From Bryobacteraceae bacterium (lineage in GTDB: Bacteria; Acidobacteriota; Terriglobia; Bryobacterales; Bryobacteraceae): a stretch of DNA of 64,000 bases. Position 1 is the first letter of the stretch; each line of letters starts with the position of its first letter. The position numbers and the translations under genes are program-made. Location: assembly GCA_035293725.1 (NCBI GenBank), contig DATGMH010000092.1, forward strand, positions 24,391 to 88,390. The letters run 5' to 3'. Below the pieces are notes generated by a model. That model made no database searches. It was given only the letters and a program-made list of their open reading frames with translations, and was not told where the DNA came from. Shown in pieces: positions 8,385 to 18,278 of this stretch.

Positions 8385-9188
8385 TTACTTCTCCGGGTCC
8401 GTGCCGCCGGTGCGGTACGAAGTGAGGATCTTCAGCCCTTTGGACTGGTTCAGCCGCAGCCAGAGATCGTTATACCGGTCGCCGTCCAGCCGCTGCTTCA
8501 ACTCAAAGTTGAAGCCCTTGAGGTCGCCGTAATGCGTCTTGGCGCGCTCGAACGTAGTGACCGTCAATTGGAACGGACCCGAGCTACTGATGTTCTCGAT
8601 ATCCTCGAAGCGCCAGGTACGGGACTCCCCCGGCTTCTGAGACTTGTAGACGATTGAGTCGTTCCCCACCTGGAGCACACCTTCGTCACCGCCAAACCGA
8701 AGCAGATGCTTTACCGGAATCTCGCAAACAGGCTGGAGAACCTTGTCAGGCATTTCCGCCACGAGCCGCTGATCGAGGCGGTTCTTTAAGAGCTCGTACG
8801 CATCCGTAAAGGTCCCCTCGGAGACCAAGTCGAAGTCGTATTGGCGGTCCGCGCCGAATTTCCAGGCGTTGTCCTTGTAGGTAAGGACGGTAAGCGACTT
8901 GGGCGAGATCTTCAGCTGCTGGATATCCTGATAATCCCAACGCCAGACCTGCGGATGCTTGGGCTTCTTTCCGTGCTTTCCGGTCTCTTCGAACGCGATA
9001 CCAGAATCCGAGACGCTCAGCGTGCCCATGTTGCCGACCTTCTTTATGCGCGGCGGTAGGTTCAGGACGCGCGATTTGCCGCGCCAGACTTGATATTGGA
9101 GCTGCTGCGCGAAGGTCGCACCGGACATCAGCGCAATACCGATTACGAGTGCGCCAATTCTCTTTTCAGTTCGAAATTCCATTTCCAC
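8385..9188 (-). CDS. secreted hypothetical protein with an internal two-fold repeat
   Basis: Signal peptide ...IGALVIGIALMSGATFAQQ. Two related modules (..VWRWDYQDIQQLKISPKSLTVLTY.. and ..TWRFEDIENISSSGPFQLTVTTF..). The start overlaps the cusA 3' end by 46 nt. Confidence 0.6.
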   Translation of the reverse strand: MEMEFRTEKRIGALVIGIALMSGATFAQQLQYQVWRGKSRVLNLPPRIKKVGNMGTLSVSDSGIAFEETGKHGKKPKHPQVWRWDYQDIQQLKISPKSLTVLTYKDNAWKFGADRQYDFDLVSEGTFTDAYELLKNRLDQRLVAEMPDKVLQPVCEIPVKHLLRFGGDEGVLQVGNDSIVYKSQKPGESRTWRFEDIENISSSGPFQLTVTTFERAKTHYGDLKGFNFELKQRLDGDRYNDLWLRLNQSKGLKILTSYRTGGTDPEK

Positions 9189-12100
9189 ACCTCATAGATT
9201 GCCGGGTAGACCACTAGTTCCAGGAGGAACGACGTGAAGATTCCGCCGATCATTGGGGCGGCGATGCGCTTCATCACATCCGCCCCCGTTCCCACCGACC
9301 ACATGATCGGCACCAAGCCCAAGAACATCGTCGCCACCGTCATAAACTTCGGCCGGATTCGCTTTACCGCGCCATGCATGATCGCCGCCTGGAGATCCCC
9401 AAGACTTCTGAGCTTGCCTTCCGCCTTCGCCTGGTCGTGAGCAAGATCCAGATACAGCATCATGAAGACGCCGGGTTCGGCATCGACGCCTAGCAGCGCG
9501 ATCAATCCAACCCACACACCGATGCTCATGTTGTAGCCGAGGAAGTGCAGGAACCAGACGGCTCCCACGGCTGAGAACGGTACGGCCAGGATGATGATCA
9601 TGGTCTTGGTCATGGACTTCGTGTTTATGTACAGCAACATGATGATCAGACCCATCGTAAGAGGCAGCACCACGACCAGCTTCTCCCGAACGCGCTGCAT
9701 GGCCTCATACTGCCCGCTCCAGGCAAATGAATACCCGGACGGAAGCTTGACCTTGTCGCGCACCACCTTCTTCGCTTCCTCTACATAGCTGCCGATATCG
9801 CGGCCGGCAACATCGACGTAAACGTAGCCGTTCAACATTCCGTTTTCATCTCGCAACATCGCCGGGCCGCTCACAACCTGGATCTCGGCCAGTTGTGCGA
9901 GTGGCACCTGGGTCTGGCCGTCCATGGTAGGCACCAGGACCCGCCCCAAGCTGGTGGGGTCGCTGCGATAGTCTCGCATGTAGCGTACGTTGACCCCATA
10001 GCGCTCGCGGCCCTCAATTGTGGTGGTGACGTTCTCGCCGCCGATGGCGCTCATCACTACGTCCTGAGCGTTGTCAATGCTTAAGCCGTAACGCGCCAAC
10101 TCGTCGCGATTCCACTTGAAATCGAGGAAGTAACCGCCACTGGTACGTTCTGAGAATACGCTTCGAGTACCCTGTACCTTTGGCAACAGCGCCTCAATCT
10201 GAGTGCCCAGATCCTCGATCTTCTTGATGTCCGCTCCGTAGATTTTGATTCCCACAGGTGTGCGGATGCCTGTGGTGAGCATGTCCACGCGCGCCTTGAT
10301 GGGCATCGTCCATGCGTTGGAGGTGCCGGGAATCTTTAGCGCCTGGTTCATCTCTTCTACCAATTGATCCGTGGAGATGTGGTCTGGCGTGAACCTCCGG
10401 AATATGCCCTTCGCCCACCTCGGTGCCCAAGACGAATACCAGGTGTCCACCTTGCGCCACTCGGTTTCCCGTTTGAGAACGATGACCGTCTCCATCATCG
10501 AGAACGGAGCCGGATCGGTGGACGTTTCCGCGCGCCCGGCCTTTCCCAGAACGGTGGATACTTCGGGGAACCGCTTGATGATGCGGTCCTGCACCTGCAT
10601 TAACTCCTGGGCCTTGGTGACCGAAATGCCGGGGAGTGTCGACGGCATGTAGAGTAGCGAGCCCTCGTCGAGGGGCGGCATGAATTCAGAGCCCAGCCTT
10701 TCGAAGACCGGAACGGTTACCACGACCAGTGCTACGGCCCCGGCGATTACGAACCATTTCCACCGCAAGGCCAGTTCGCATATCGGCGCGTACAACTTGA
10801 TCAGGATTTTACTGATCGGATGCGTCTCTTCCGAATGGATAGTGCCCACCAGGACGGCATTCGTCACGCGAGCCAGCCACCGCGGCCGGAACTCGTAGTT
10901 CTTCATGTGGGTAAACAGCAGCCTCATGGCCGGATCCAGCGTGATCGCCAACAGAGCCGCAATGACCATGGAAAACGTCTTCGTATACGCCAGGGGCTTG
11001 AAGAGCCTGCCTTCTTGAGCTTCCAAAGTCAGCACCGGCAGGAATGCGACTGCGATGACCAGCAGCGCAAAGAAACTCGGGCCGCCGACCTCCTTGACCG
11101 CGTCGATCACCACCCGGTGATAATCCTGTTTGCGGCCGGTCCGTTCCCATTCTTCGAGCTTCTTATGCGTCTGCTCCACCACCACGATGGCCGCGTCCAC
11201 CATCGCCCCGACAGCGATCGCGATCCCTCCGAGGGACATGATGTTCGAGGTCAGGCCCATCATCTTCATGGGGATGAAGGAGATGATCACCGCCACGGGA
11301 ATCGTGATGATCGGGATGATGGCACTGGGGAAGTGCCAGAGGAAGATCATAATGACGATCGCCACGATGATCAACTCTTCGATGAGCGTTTGCTTCAGAT
11401 TGTCGATGGAGCGCAGGATTAGCTCGGAGCGGTCGTATGCGCTGACGATCTTCACCCCCGGAGGAAGTCCGCCTTCAATGTCTTTGAGTTTCTGTTTGAC
11501 GCGTTCGATCACTTGCAGGGCGTTCTCTCCCTGGCGCATGATGACGATTCCTGCAACGGTTTCACCTGTGCCGTTCCAGTCCGCGACCCCACGGCGGATG
11601 TCTGGGCCGAGCGTCACATCCCCAACATCTGAGATGCGGATCGGGACGCCGCTCGCGCTCTTTGCCAGTACGATCTTGCCGATGTCCTCTGTCGATTGCG
11701 CGTAGCCACGTCCGCGCACCATGTATTCGGCGCCGCTAAATTCCACCAAGCGGCCGCCGACATCATTGTTACCGGCGCGCACCGCCTCCACGACCTTGTT
11801 GATCGGAATGTTGAACGATTGCAGCTTGTTTGGATCGACGTTGACCTGGTACTGCCGCACGAATCCACCCAACGGTGCGACCTCGGCAACCCCTGGAACG
11901 GACTTCAGGTAATAGCGAAGGTACCAGTCCTGATAGCTGCGCAGGTCGGCAAGGCTCTGCTTGCCCGTTGTGTCGATCAGGGCGTACTCAAACACCCAGC
12001 CAATACCGGTGGCATCCGGTCCGAGTTCGGTCTTTACGCCCTGCGGAAGCCGCGGTAGGACGTTCGAGAGGTACTCCAGTGTGCGGGAGCGGGCCCAATA

Positions 12101-12406
12101 AATATCGGTCCCCTCTTCAAAGATGATGTAAACGTAGGAGTATCCGAAGTCCGAGAATCCGCGTACGTCCTTCACTTTTGGTGCGCCCAGCATCGCGGTA
12201 ACGAGCGGGTATGTGACTTGGTCCTCCATAATGTCGGGACTGCGATCCCACCGCGAATACACGATCACTTGGGTATCGCTCATATCGGGGAGCGCATCGA
12301 GCGGCACCGTCCGCATCGAGTACAGCCCTCCCATCAGGGCTGCCGCAATTGCAATGAAGACAATCATCTTGTTGCGACCTGCGAACTCAATGATGGCGTT
12401 GATCAT
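9143..12406 (-). CDS. cusA: CusA/CzcA-family heavy-metal efflux RND pump
   Basis: 1087 aa. The N-terminus ...VPLDALPDMSDTQVIVYS...RGFSDFGYSYVYIIFEEGTDIYWARSRTLEYL...LGPDATGIGWVFEYAL closely follows E. coli CusA. Confidence 0.9.
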   Translation of the reverse strand: MINAIIEFAGRNKMIVFIAIAAALMGGLYSMRTVPLDALPDMSDTQVIVYSRWDRSPDIMEDQVTYPLVTAMLGAPKVKDVRGFSDFGYSYVYIIFEEGTDIYWARSRTLEYLSNVLPRLPQGVKTELGPDATGIGWVFEYALIDTTGKQSLADLRSYQDWYLRYYLKSVPGVAEVAPLGGFVRQYQVNVDPNKLQSFNIPINKVVEAVRAGNNDVGGRLVEFSGAEYMVRGRGYAQSTEDIGKIVLAKSASGVPIRISDVGDVTLGPDIRRGVADWNGTGETVAGIVIMRQGENALQVIERVKQKLKDIEGGLPPGVKIVSAYDRSELILRSIDNLKQTLIEELIIVAIVIMIFLWHFPSAIIPIITIPVAVIISFIPMKMMGLTSNIMSLGGIAIAVGAMVDAAIVVVEQTHKKLEEWERTGRKQDYHRVVIDAVKEVGGPSFFALLVIAVAFLPVLTLEAQEGRLFKPLAYTKTFSMVIAALLAITLDPAMRLLFTHMKNYEFRPRWLARVTNAVLVGTIHSEETHPISKILIKLYAPICELALRWKWFVIAGAVALVVVTVPVFERLGSEFMPPLDEGSLLYMPSTLPGISVTKAQELMQVQDRIIKRFPEVSTVLGKAGRAETSTDPAPFSMMETVIVLKRETEWRKVDTWYSSWAPRWAKGIFRRFTPDHISTDQLVEEMNQALKIPGTSNAWTMPIKARVDMLTTGIRTPVGIKIYGADIKKIEDLGTQIEALLPKVQGTRSVFSERTSGGYFLDFKWNRDELARYGLSIDNAQDVVMSAIGGENVTTTIEGRERYGVNVRYMRDYRSDPTSLGRVLVPTMDGQTQVPLAQLAEIQVVSGPAMLRDENGMLNGYVYVDVAGRDIGSYVEEAKKVVRDKVKLPSGYSFAWSGQYEAMQRVREKLVVVLPLTMGLIIMLLYINTKSMTKTMIIILAVPFSAVGAVWFLHFLGYNMSIGVWVGLIALLGVDAEPGVFMMLYLDLAHDQAKAEGKLRSLGDLQAAIMHGAVKRIRPKFMTVATMFLGLVPIMWSVGTGADVMKRIAAPMIGGIFTSFLLELVVYPAIYEVWKWNFELKRELAHS

Positions 12407-13914
12407 TGCTTCTTGGTCCCCATTCCGGGCATGTCGTCCATCGCCTTCGAATCAGGTTTGGCCGGCGCGGCCTTTGGCTTGTTCGCAGGCTCAGGCTTGG
12501 CCGGCTCATTGGCCATTCCGGGCATCCCGGCCATTCCGCCCATGCCCGACGCGGCGGCCTTCATCTGGCTTTCGGAATCGATTAGGAAGTTGCCCGACAT
12601 CACGATGCGTTCTCCGCCAGTGAGGCCGGAAAGGATCTGAATGCGATCTCCATTCCGTTGCCCGATTGTGACCTGGCGTGGCTCAAAGAACCCGTTTCCG
12701 CGATCGATGAAGACTGTCTTCCGTTCACCAGCATTGAGCACGGCATCCGCAGGAACAGTCAACTGCACCGGAATGCTCTGCTGAAATTCAACGCTGGCGT
12801 ACATGTCCGGCTTGAGCAGGAGGCCGGGATTATCCATGTCGAGGCGGACCTTGAGCGTGCGGGTCATGGGATCGACTTGCGGCTGAATGTAGTTGACCCG
12901 CGCTGTGAACGTCCTGCCCGGAATTGCCTGGAGAGAAACGCGAGCGGTGTCTCCCTGGTGGATGTTCGGCGCCTCGTACTCGAACAGATCGGCCATGATC
13001 CAAACACCACTCAGATCCACGATCGTGTATAGGTCCGTGTCCGGCATGACTTTGAGCTGAGGAAAAGCTTTGCGATCGGTGACGTACCCTGAGATCGGAG
13101 AATAGAGAGTGATGTTCTTGATCGGCTGCCCCGTCTTGAGCACCTGGTTGATTTGCGATTCGCTCAGGTCCCAGAGTTCCAGCCGTCGCCGGGCCGCCTG
13201 CAATAGCGATTCACTCTGATCGAATGCCGTCGGCAGAGGGTTGCCTTTCATGGTGTCGCGCGCCTTCGACGCCAGCAATAGTTCACGCTGCGAGGCCAGC
13301 ATCTCAGGGCTGTACACGGTCATCAGCGGGTCTCCCTTTTTGACGAGTTGCCCAGTGTAGTCGACGAACACCTGGTCGATCCATCCTTCGACCTTGGTGT
13401 GGATGTGCTGTATGCGCGTCTCGTCAAACGCAACCTTACCTTCGGCACGGATCGTCCGAGACCCACCAATCCTTTCGACTTGCCCGTACTTCACCCCAAT
13501 GAGTTGCTGTTTGTCTGGCGTGATTTGCACGGTGCCAATGGGCATGGCCGAGATGTCGTCCGCGTAGACAGGCTCCAATTCGTTGCCTGTCTCGGGATTG
13601 AGCCCCGGCTGTTGCGACTTGTGGTTCGGGTCTTTCGGGTCGCGGTAATACAGAACCTTGCGATCAGCGGTTGGAGCACCGCCCGCAGGTCCGCCGCCAT
13701 CGGCGTAAACCGGTTCGAGCTTCATTCCGCAGTCCGGCGCAATGCCGGGCTTGTCCGACTTGTACGCGGAGTGCATGGGGTCGACCCAGTAGAGGACCTT
13801 CCGCCCGCCGGCGCCCGCCGAGCTTGCGCCGCCTTTGATGGCTTTATAGACGTAGCCGCCGGCGAACGCAGCGGCAATCACAACCAGAAGTCCGATAATG
13901 CGGATAGCCTTCAT
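12403..13914 (-). CDS. cusB: RND periplasmic adaptor (CusB-like) with N-terminal heavy-metal-binding repeats and a Met-rich C-tail
   Basis: YWVDPMHSAYKSDKPGIAPDCGMKLEPVY and a degenerate second copy, then an HlyD-type core. The tail reads AASGMGGMAGMPGMA...DDMPGMG. Overlaps cusA by 4 nt. Confidence 0.85.
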   Translation of the reverse strand: MKAIRIIGLLVVIAAAFAGGYVYKAIKGGASSAGAGGRKVLYWVDPMHSAYKSDKPGIAPDCGMKLEPVYADGGGPAGGAPTADRKVLYYRDPKDPNHKSQQPGLNPETGNELEPVYADDISAMPIGTVQITPDKQQLIGVKYGQVERIGGSRTIRAEGKVAFDETRIQHIHTKVEGWIDQVFVDYTGQLVKKGDPLMTVYSPEMLASQRELLLASKARDTMKGNPLPTAFDQSESLLQAARRRLELWDLSESQINQVLKTGQPIKNITLYSPISGYVTDRKAFPQLKVMPDTDLYTIVDLSGVWIMADLFEYEAPNIHQGDTARVSLQAIPGRTFTARVNYIQPQVDPMTRTLKVRLDMDNPGLLLKPDMYASVEFQQSIPVQLTVPADAVLNAGERKTVFIDRGNGFFEPRQVTIGQRNGDRIQILSGLTGGERIVMSGNFLIDSESQMKAAASGMGGMAGMPGMANEPAKPEPANKPKAAPAKPDSKAMDDMPGMGTKKQ

Positions 13915-13924
13915 ATCAATCGCC

Positions 13925-15175
13925 TCAGTCCGTCAGTGGCTGGCCGGTCATCTCTTCCAGACGGCTCAGCGCCAGCGCGTAATTGAGCGCCTCGTCGTAA
14001 TAATTCATTTCGTAATCGAGCACCGTCGTGAAGTTCGTGAGAACCGAAAGAAAGTCCACCGAGCCGGTTTCATACGTGCTTAAGGAGGACTCAAGCGCCA
14101 GATTCCCCTGCGGAACCACCGTCTGCGTATACAACTTCATGAGCTTGGCCGAGGCTTGCGCCAGCGTGAAATCCCCCTGGATTCGCGCATGGAGCGACTG
14201 ATCCGTGGCCTCGTACGTCCGCTTCGCCTGGGAGAGCATGCTCACCTGCTCGTTCACGCCGGCGCGCTGTTTCCGCCAATAGAAGAGCGGCACCTTGAAG
14301 CTCGCTTGGAACTGGTACATGGGTGGCATTCCACCCTGATTGAAATAGCCGCCGGAGAGCGTCATGTCCGGATAGTATTCCTTGCGGGCGGAATTCACTG
14401 CGAGTTCGGACCGCTCAATCATCTTCTGATCGCGCCGAAGCATTGGTGAGTTTTGGGCAGCCGAGGCATAGAGCTCTTCGAGGGTCGAAGAGAGTTCCTT
14501 CGGTTTCACGTCGTCGGGGCGGCCGACTGGAGTTCCCGGGCGGCGGTTCAAAATGCTGTCGATCTCAGCTTCGATGCTTGCGCGCTCCTGTTCGAGCTTC
14601 ACCAGGCGAGTTTCAAGAATGCTGGCTTGCGTCTGGGCCTTGAAGACATCCTGTTGCGCGGCTTTCCCAACGGAATAGCGGTCCTCAGTAACGCTCACCA
14701 GCTTGTTCAGGAGGTCGCGATTCCGTTTGAGGAGGTCCGAAGCGGCATAGGTGTATTGGAGCCGGTAATAGGCCTGCTTGAGCCTCGAAATGACGCTGAG
14801 TTGCACTGCCTGATACTGCTGGAAGGTGGCGTCAGCCTCTTTGGAGGCGATTTCCCCTCGCAACTTCAATTTTCCCGGATAAGGAATCTCTTGGGAGTAC
14901 ATCACGCCGATGTTCGCCGTTGGCTCAGTGCCCAGGCCAAAACCGGGCAGCGGCTTCCCTATGCTCGTGTAGCCGAGCGACACCATTGGGTCCGGCAGGC
15001 TGCTCTCCTGAGTTGGCTTCTGGCGGGCGGCTTCATAGCCCTTCTGGGCTGCGACGATTTCGGGGTTGTTCTTCATCGCCTCGCTGGTCAAGTCCCGCAG
15101 GCTTACTCGCGCTTCTGGCGTTTGTCCCACTGCGGGAATCGCGAGCACCAGTGCGATAAGGATTCGTCGTCTCAA
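13925..15175 (-). CDS. cusC: TolC-family outer-membrane efflux protein (CusC-like)
   Basis: 416 aa with a signal peptide and two OEP-type coiled-coil repeats. It is the first gene of the minus-strand cusCBA arrangement. Confidence 0.8.
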   Translation of the reverse strand: MRRRILIALVLAIPAVGQTPEARVSLRDLTSEAMKNNPEIVAAQKGYEAARQKPTQESSLPDPMVSLGYTSIGKPLPGFGLGTEPTANIGVMYSQEIPYPGKLKLRGEIASKEADATFQQYQAVQLSVISRLKQAYYRLQYTYAASDLLKRNRDLLNKLVSVTEDRYSVGKAAQQDVFKAQTQASILETRLVKLEQERASIEAEIDSILNRRPGTPVGRPDDVKPKELSSTLEELYASAAQNSPMLRRDQKMIERSELAVNSARKEYYPDMTLSGGYFNQGGMPPMYQFQASFKVPLFYWRKQRAGVNEQVSMLSQAKRTYEATDQSLHARIQGDFTLAQASAKLMKLYTQTVVPQGNLALESSLSTYETGSVDFLSVLTNFTTVLDYEMNYYDEALNYALALSRLEEMTGQPLTD

Positions 15176-15482
15176 TGCATCCTCTCTTCGGGGAGTTCCT
15201 CCCCGGTTAGCGCAATGTATGTTCCAAAGCGTTCAACATTCGCAATATCAGCACGTTGCGCGGTTTCGATGCTGTTCGAGATATCCAGGCTTCCTGATTT
15301 CTCTGCCGGACATCAGACAGGCGAAATGCCTTGCTGCCGTATTTGAGGCAGCGGATCAGAGTCGCGGTTTGGCGCTGGATCCCGATGTCTTTAGAACGCA
15401 AGATTTTAGGCTCTGGTTATCAGTTGGTTTGGCAGGTGCATTCTCCTGGTTTACATCGAGTGCGGATACTAATGGAGGTCTC

Positions 15483-16022
15483 ATGAGCGGGCGTAGACGA
15501 AGGCTAAAGATGACGTGGCGCCAAACGTGGCCGATCTGGCTCACGTTCGCACTTCTATTTGGATTGGGGGCATTTGGCGTTTGGTTCACCATTCCTGGCT
15601 CGCCGGCCGCCGCCAAAGTGCTGGCCCAAGGCGAAGACGTTAGACTCACTGGCGGTGACCTTCAGGCCGGCGAGCCGCGTGTTTTCGCGCTACCGCTGGC
15701 CTCAGGGGAGAAAACCGAGCTCTTCATCGAGCGCGGGGCCGACAGCAACATTACCGTGGTATTTGCGTCATGTCGCAAATGCTATCGATCAGGGCACTAC
15801 CGACAGGGGAACGAGATCTACTGCGGCCGATGTAACGAACCGATGCAGCGGCTTTCTCACGGCCAAGCGCCGGCTTCGGAGATCGACTGTACGCAAATCC
15901 CGATTCCATTCGAGAGAGTCGGCGACAACGTAGTAGTCCGGGCAAATGCCGTGCGCGATGCCTTCCGGCAGTGGTACGTGCCGACGATCTCAACAAACAG
16001 GCCCGAAGGTGGGCGGAAATGA
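15483..16022 (+). CDS. membrane-anchored zinc-ribbon protein (DUF2318-like), putative
   Basis: GGAGG sits 5 nt before ATG 15483. One TM segment (WPIWLTFALLFGLGAFGVWF) and CRKC-X14-CGRC. The longer 15066 start is antisense to cusC. Confidence 0.5.
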   Translation: MSGRRRRLKMTWRQTWPIWLTFALLFGLGAFGVWFTIPGSPAAAKVLAQGEDVRLTGGDLQAGEPRVFALPLASGEKTELFIERGADSNITVVFASCRKCYRSGHYRQGNEIYCGRCNEPMQRLSHGQAPASEIDCTQIPIPFERVGDNVVVRANAVRDAFRQWYVPTISTNRPEGGRK

Positions 16023-16050
16023 GCCGACTCGGTCCGTCGGCAAAACAGGG

Positions 16051-16974
16051 GTGAACAGTTTGAAGATCATCTTGCTCATTGCGGCGGCGGCGCTCAGCTC
16101 TGATGCGCAGCAATTGCTGTCTGGACCGGTCCGGGCCCCAGATAGCAGCGCGGTTCTTCGCGTGGATGCCAATCTCGTGCTCGTACCTGTAACGGTCACG
16201 AACAACCGGGGTGCGGTGGTACCGAACCTGGAGGCAAGCAATTTCATCCTGAGCGAGGAAAAACGGCCTCAGTCGATCGTATCGTTTTCGCACGAGACCG
16301 CACCGATTTCGCTGGGGATCATAGTGGATCTCAGTGGCAGTATGGCGTACAAGCTCGCGAAGGTACACGTGGCGCTCGCGGCCCTGTTGGACAGCCTGGA
16401 GCCTGAAGACGAGGAATTTCTTGTAACCTTCGCGGACACGGCAGACCTTCGACTGCCCTTCACCTCTGACCCTTCATCCATTCGCAGCGCGCTTTCGTTC
16501 GCGGCGGCTCGTGGCAGCACGGCGCTCTTCGATGCCGTCGCACTCGCCTTAAAGCAAATGCACGCGGCGAGGAATGGCCGGAAGGTCCTTTTCCTTATTT
16601 CTGATGGAGGGGACAACCACAGCCGGCTGACGGAACGGGAACTCCGCCGGATGCTTGACGAGGAGGATGTTCAGATCCACGCGATCGGCATCCACGACCA
16701 CATGGCGAGCCCGGAAGAATCCCGAGGGCCCTGGGTCCTTGAGGATCTTGCCCGAATGACGGGCGGAGAGCATCACATGGTCGAGAACATCGATGAGCTT
16801 CCGAAAATGACTGGGCAGATGAGCTTGGCGCTGCACGATCGGTATCTCCTTGGGTATAGGCCCGCGCCGCTTGGCGAGTCGGGGATGTTTCGGAGAATCG
16901 ACGTTAAGGTGGTGCAAGCAGCCGCTAGAGGTAAGGTTTACGTGTACGCCCGGCGTGGATACCGACTACCTTGA
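16051..16974 (+). CDS. VWA-domain protein (acidobacterial VWFA-related type)
   Basis: Signal peptide, then DLSGSM (MIDAS), ...STALFDAV... and LISDGGDNHS. GTG 16051 was chosen as the start because the signal peptide follows it. Confidence 0.75.
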   Translation: MNSLKIILLIAAAALSSDAQQLLSGPVRAPDSSAVLRVDANLVLVPVTVTNNRGAVVPNLEASNFILSEEKRPQSIVSFSHETAPISLGIIVDLSGSMAYKLAKVHVALAALLDSLEPEDEEFLVTFADTADLRLPFTSDPSSIRSALSFAAARGSTALFDAVALALKQMHAARNGRKVLFLISDGGDNHSRLTERELRRMLDEEDVQIHAIGIHDHMASPEESRGPWVLEDLARMTGGEHHMVENIDELPKMTGQMSLALHDRYLLGYRPAPLGESGMFRRIDVKVVQAAARGKVYVYARRGYRLP

Positions 16975-17265
16975 GGCGAGACAGCATGCACCCACCTGCA
17001 TGAGTCGCCCGCAAGCAAATGCGAGGGCAAAAAGAGCCTTTTGTCTTTGCGACTGCGACGCGGCGAAGGAGCCGTTCTGACACTTAGGTGGTCCTCGTGT
17101 TCGCCTGGGTCGAATCGCCGGTGGGCATCGAATAGCGGATTGAGTTTCGCCTCTGTGCGGAATAACGTGCGCGATGAAATGGGAAGGACGCCGGGTCAGA
17201 TTCGCGTTTACGTGGGGGAGAATTTTGGTGGACCTCGTTCCAGCGCTCGAAGGTTTTTGAGGCGG

Positions 17266-18060
17266 TCAATTCGCTACGCCAGTCGATGCGAAGACCCAAG
17301 CGTCTCGCTGTGTCATCTCGGGGATTGGCGGATCAATTCGTGTCGTGCCCAAAAGCTCCATCGCTGCCAGGACGGCCGGCACATAGCTTCTAGTCTCCGC
17401 TGGAAGCAGCCCGGCCGAACTGAGTTGCGAAAATGTTGTCGCACGCCCCTTCTCAAGGGCGGACTGCACCGCATTTTCACCGGCATTGTAGGCGGCGAGT
17501 GCGAGAGGCCAGCTCCCAAACCGGCCGTACAGATCTCGCAGGTAACGCGCCGCCGCCCGGGTGGCAGAGTCGAGCTGGACCCGCTCATCTTTGGCCGTGC
17601 TAACGGCCAGTCCATAACGGCGGGCCGTCTCCGGGATGAACTGCCAGAGTCCACGCGCTTGGCGAGGAGAGCGAGCAAGCGGCTGTGCGCCGCTTTCGAC
17701 CAGAACGACGGCAATCAGCTCTTTAGGCAAGCCCTCGGCTCCGAGGATCGATTCCAATGTTGGACGGAGCCGTTGCAGGCGGGCGAATGCCGCCGCGAAT
17801 TCGGCGTCGCGGCCACCCCAGTAGCGCTTGGCAAAACTCCTGAGATCCAACTCGCTATACAGCTTTTGCGGAGCTGGCAGGGTCTGCTGAACCGGCGCTG
17901 CCTCGGGAACTTCACGCGGACGGACTTGCTGGCGATCCAGCATTGCCGAGAGTTGGGTTTCAAACGATCGGTGGTACTGGGCGAACGGATCGTCGGCCAC
18001 GAGGAGTCCAGCGAACGAGCAAACTGTCAGGATTATCAGGATTATGCGGAATAGCCTCAT
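17266..18060 (-). CDS. lytic transglycosylase (SLT domain)
   Basis: Motifs ARGLWQFIPETARRYGL and LALAAYNAGENAV. Signal peptide runs from MRLFRIILIILTVCSFAG. Confidence 0.85.
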   Translation of the reverse strand: MRLFRIILIILTVCSFAGLLVADDPFAQYHRSFETQLSAMLDRQQVRPREVPEAAPVQQTLPAPQKLYSELDLRSFAKRYWGGRDAEFAAAFARLQRLRPTLESILGAEGLPKELIAVVLVESGAQPLARSPRQARGLWQFIPETARRYGLAVSTAKDERVQLDSATRAAARYLRDLYGRFGSWPLALAAYNAGENAVQSALEKGRATTFSQLSSAGLLPAETRSYVPAVLAAMELLGTTRIDPPIPEMTQRDAWVFASTGVAN

Positions 18061-18278
18061 GCGATAGGAGGAAACGCAAATGCTAATCCAAATGCAAGTT
18101 GAAGGAAACAAGAGCACTTTGATGTTCGAAATCGGCTTTCGCGGCGCAAAACCGCCATCAACAATTGCGAGTGCCTCATTTCAGGCAACGACCTGCTCGG
18201 CCACGCTGCGACGCTTCGATCAGCACGGAGTGGGCGCAATGTCCTACCATTAGCGGCTTACAGAGGCAATCGCGCGGC

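Noticed and set aside
14453-15346. 297-aa plus-strand ORF, and the 15066 start of the next ORF
   Set aside because: Antisense to the TolC-family gene. The real downstream gene is better explained by the GGAGG-ATG at 15483.
17041-18054. 337-aa plus-strand ORF
   Set aside because: Antisense to the SLT-domain gene, with no motifs.
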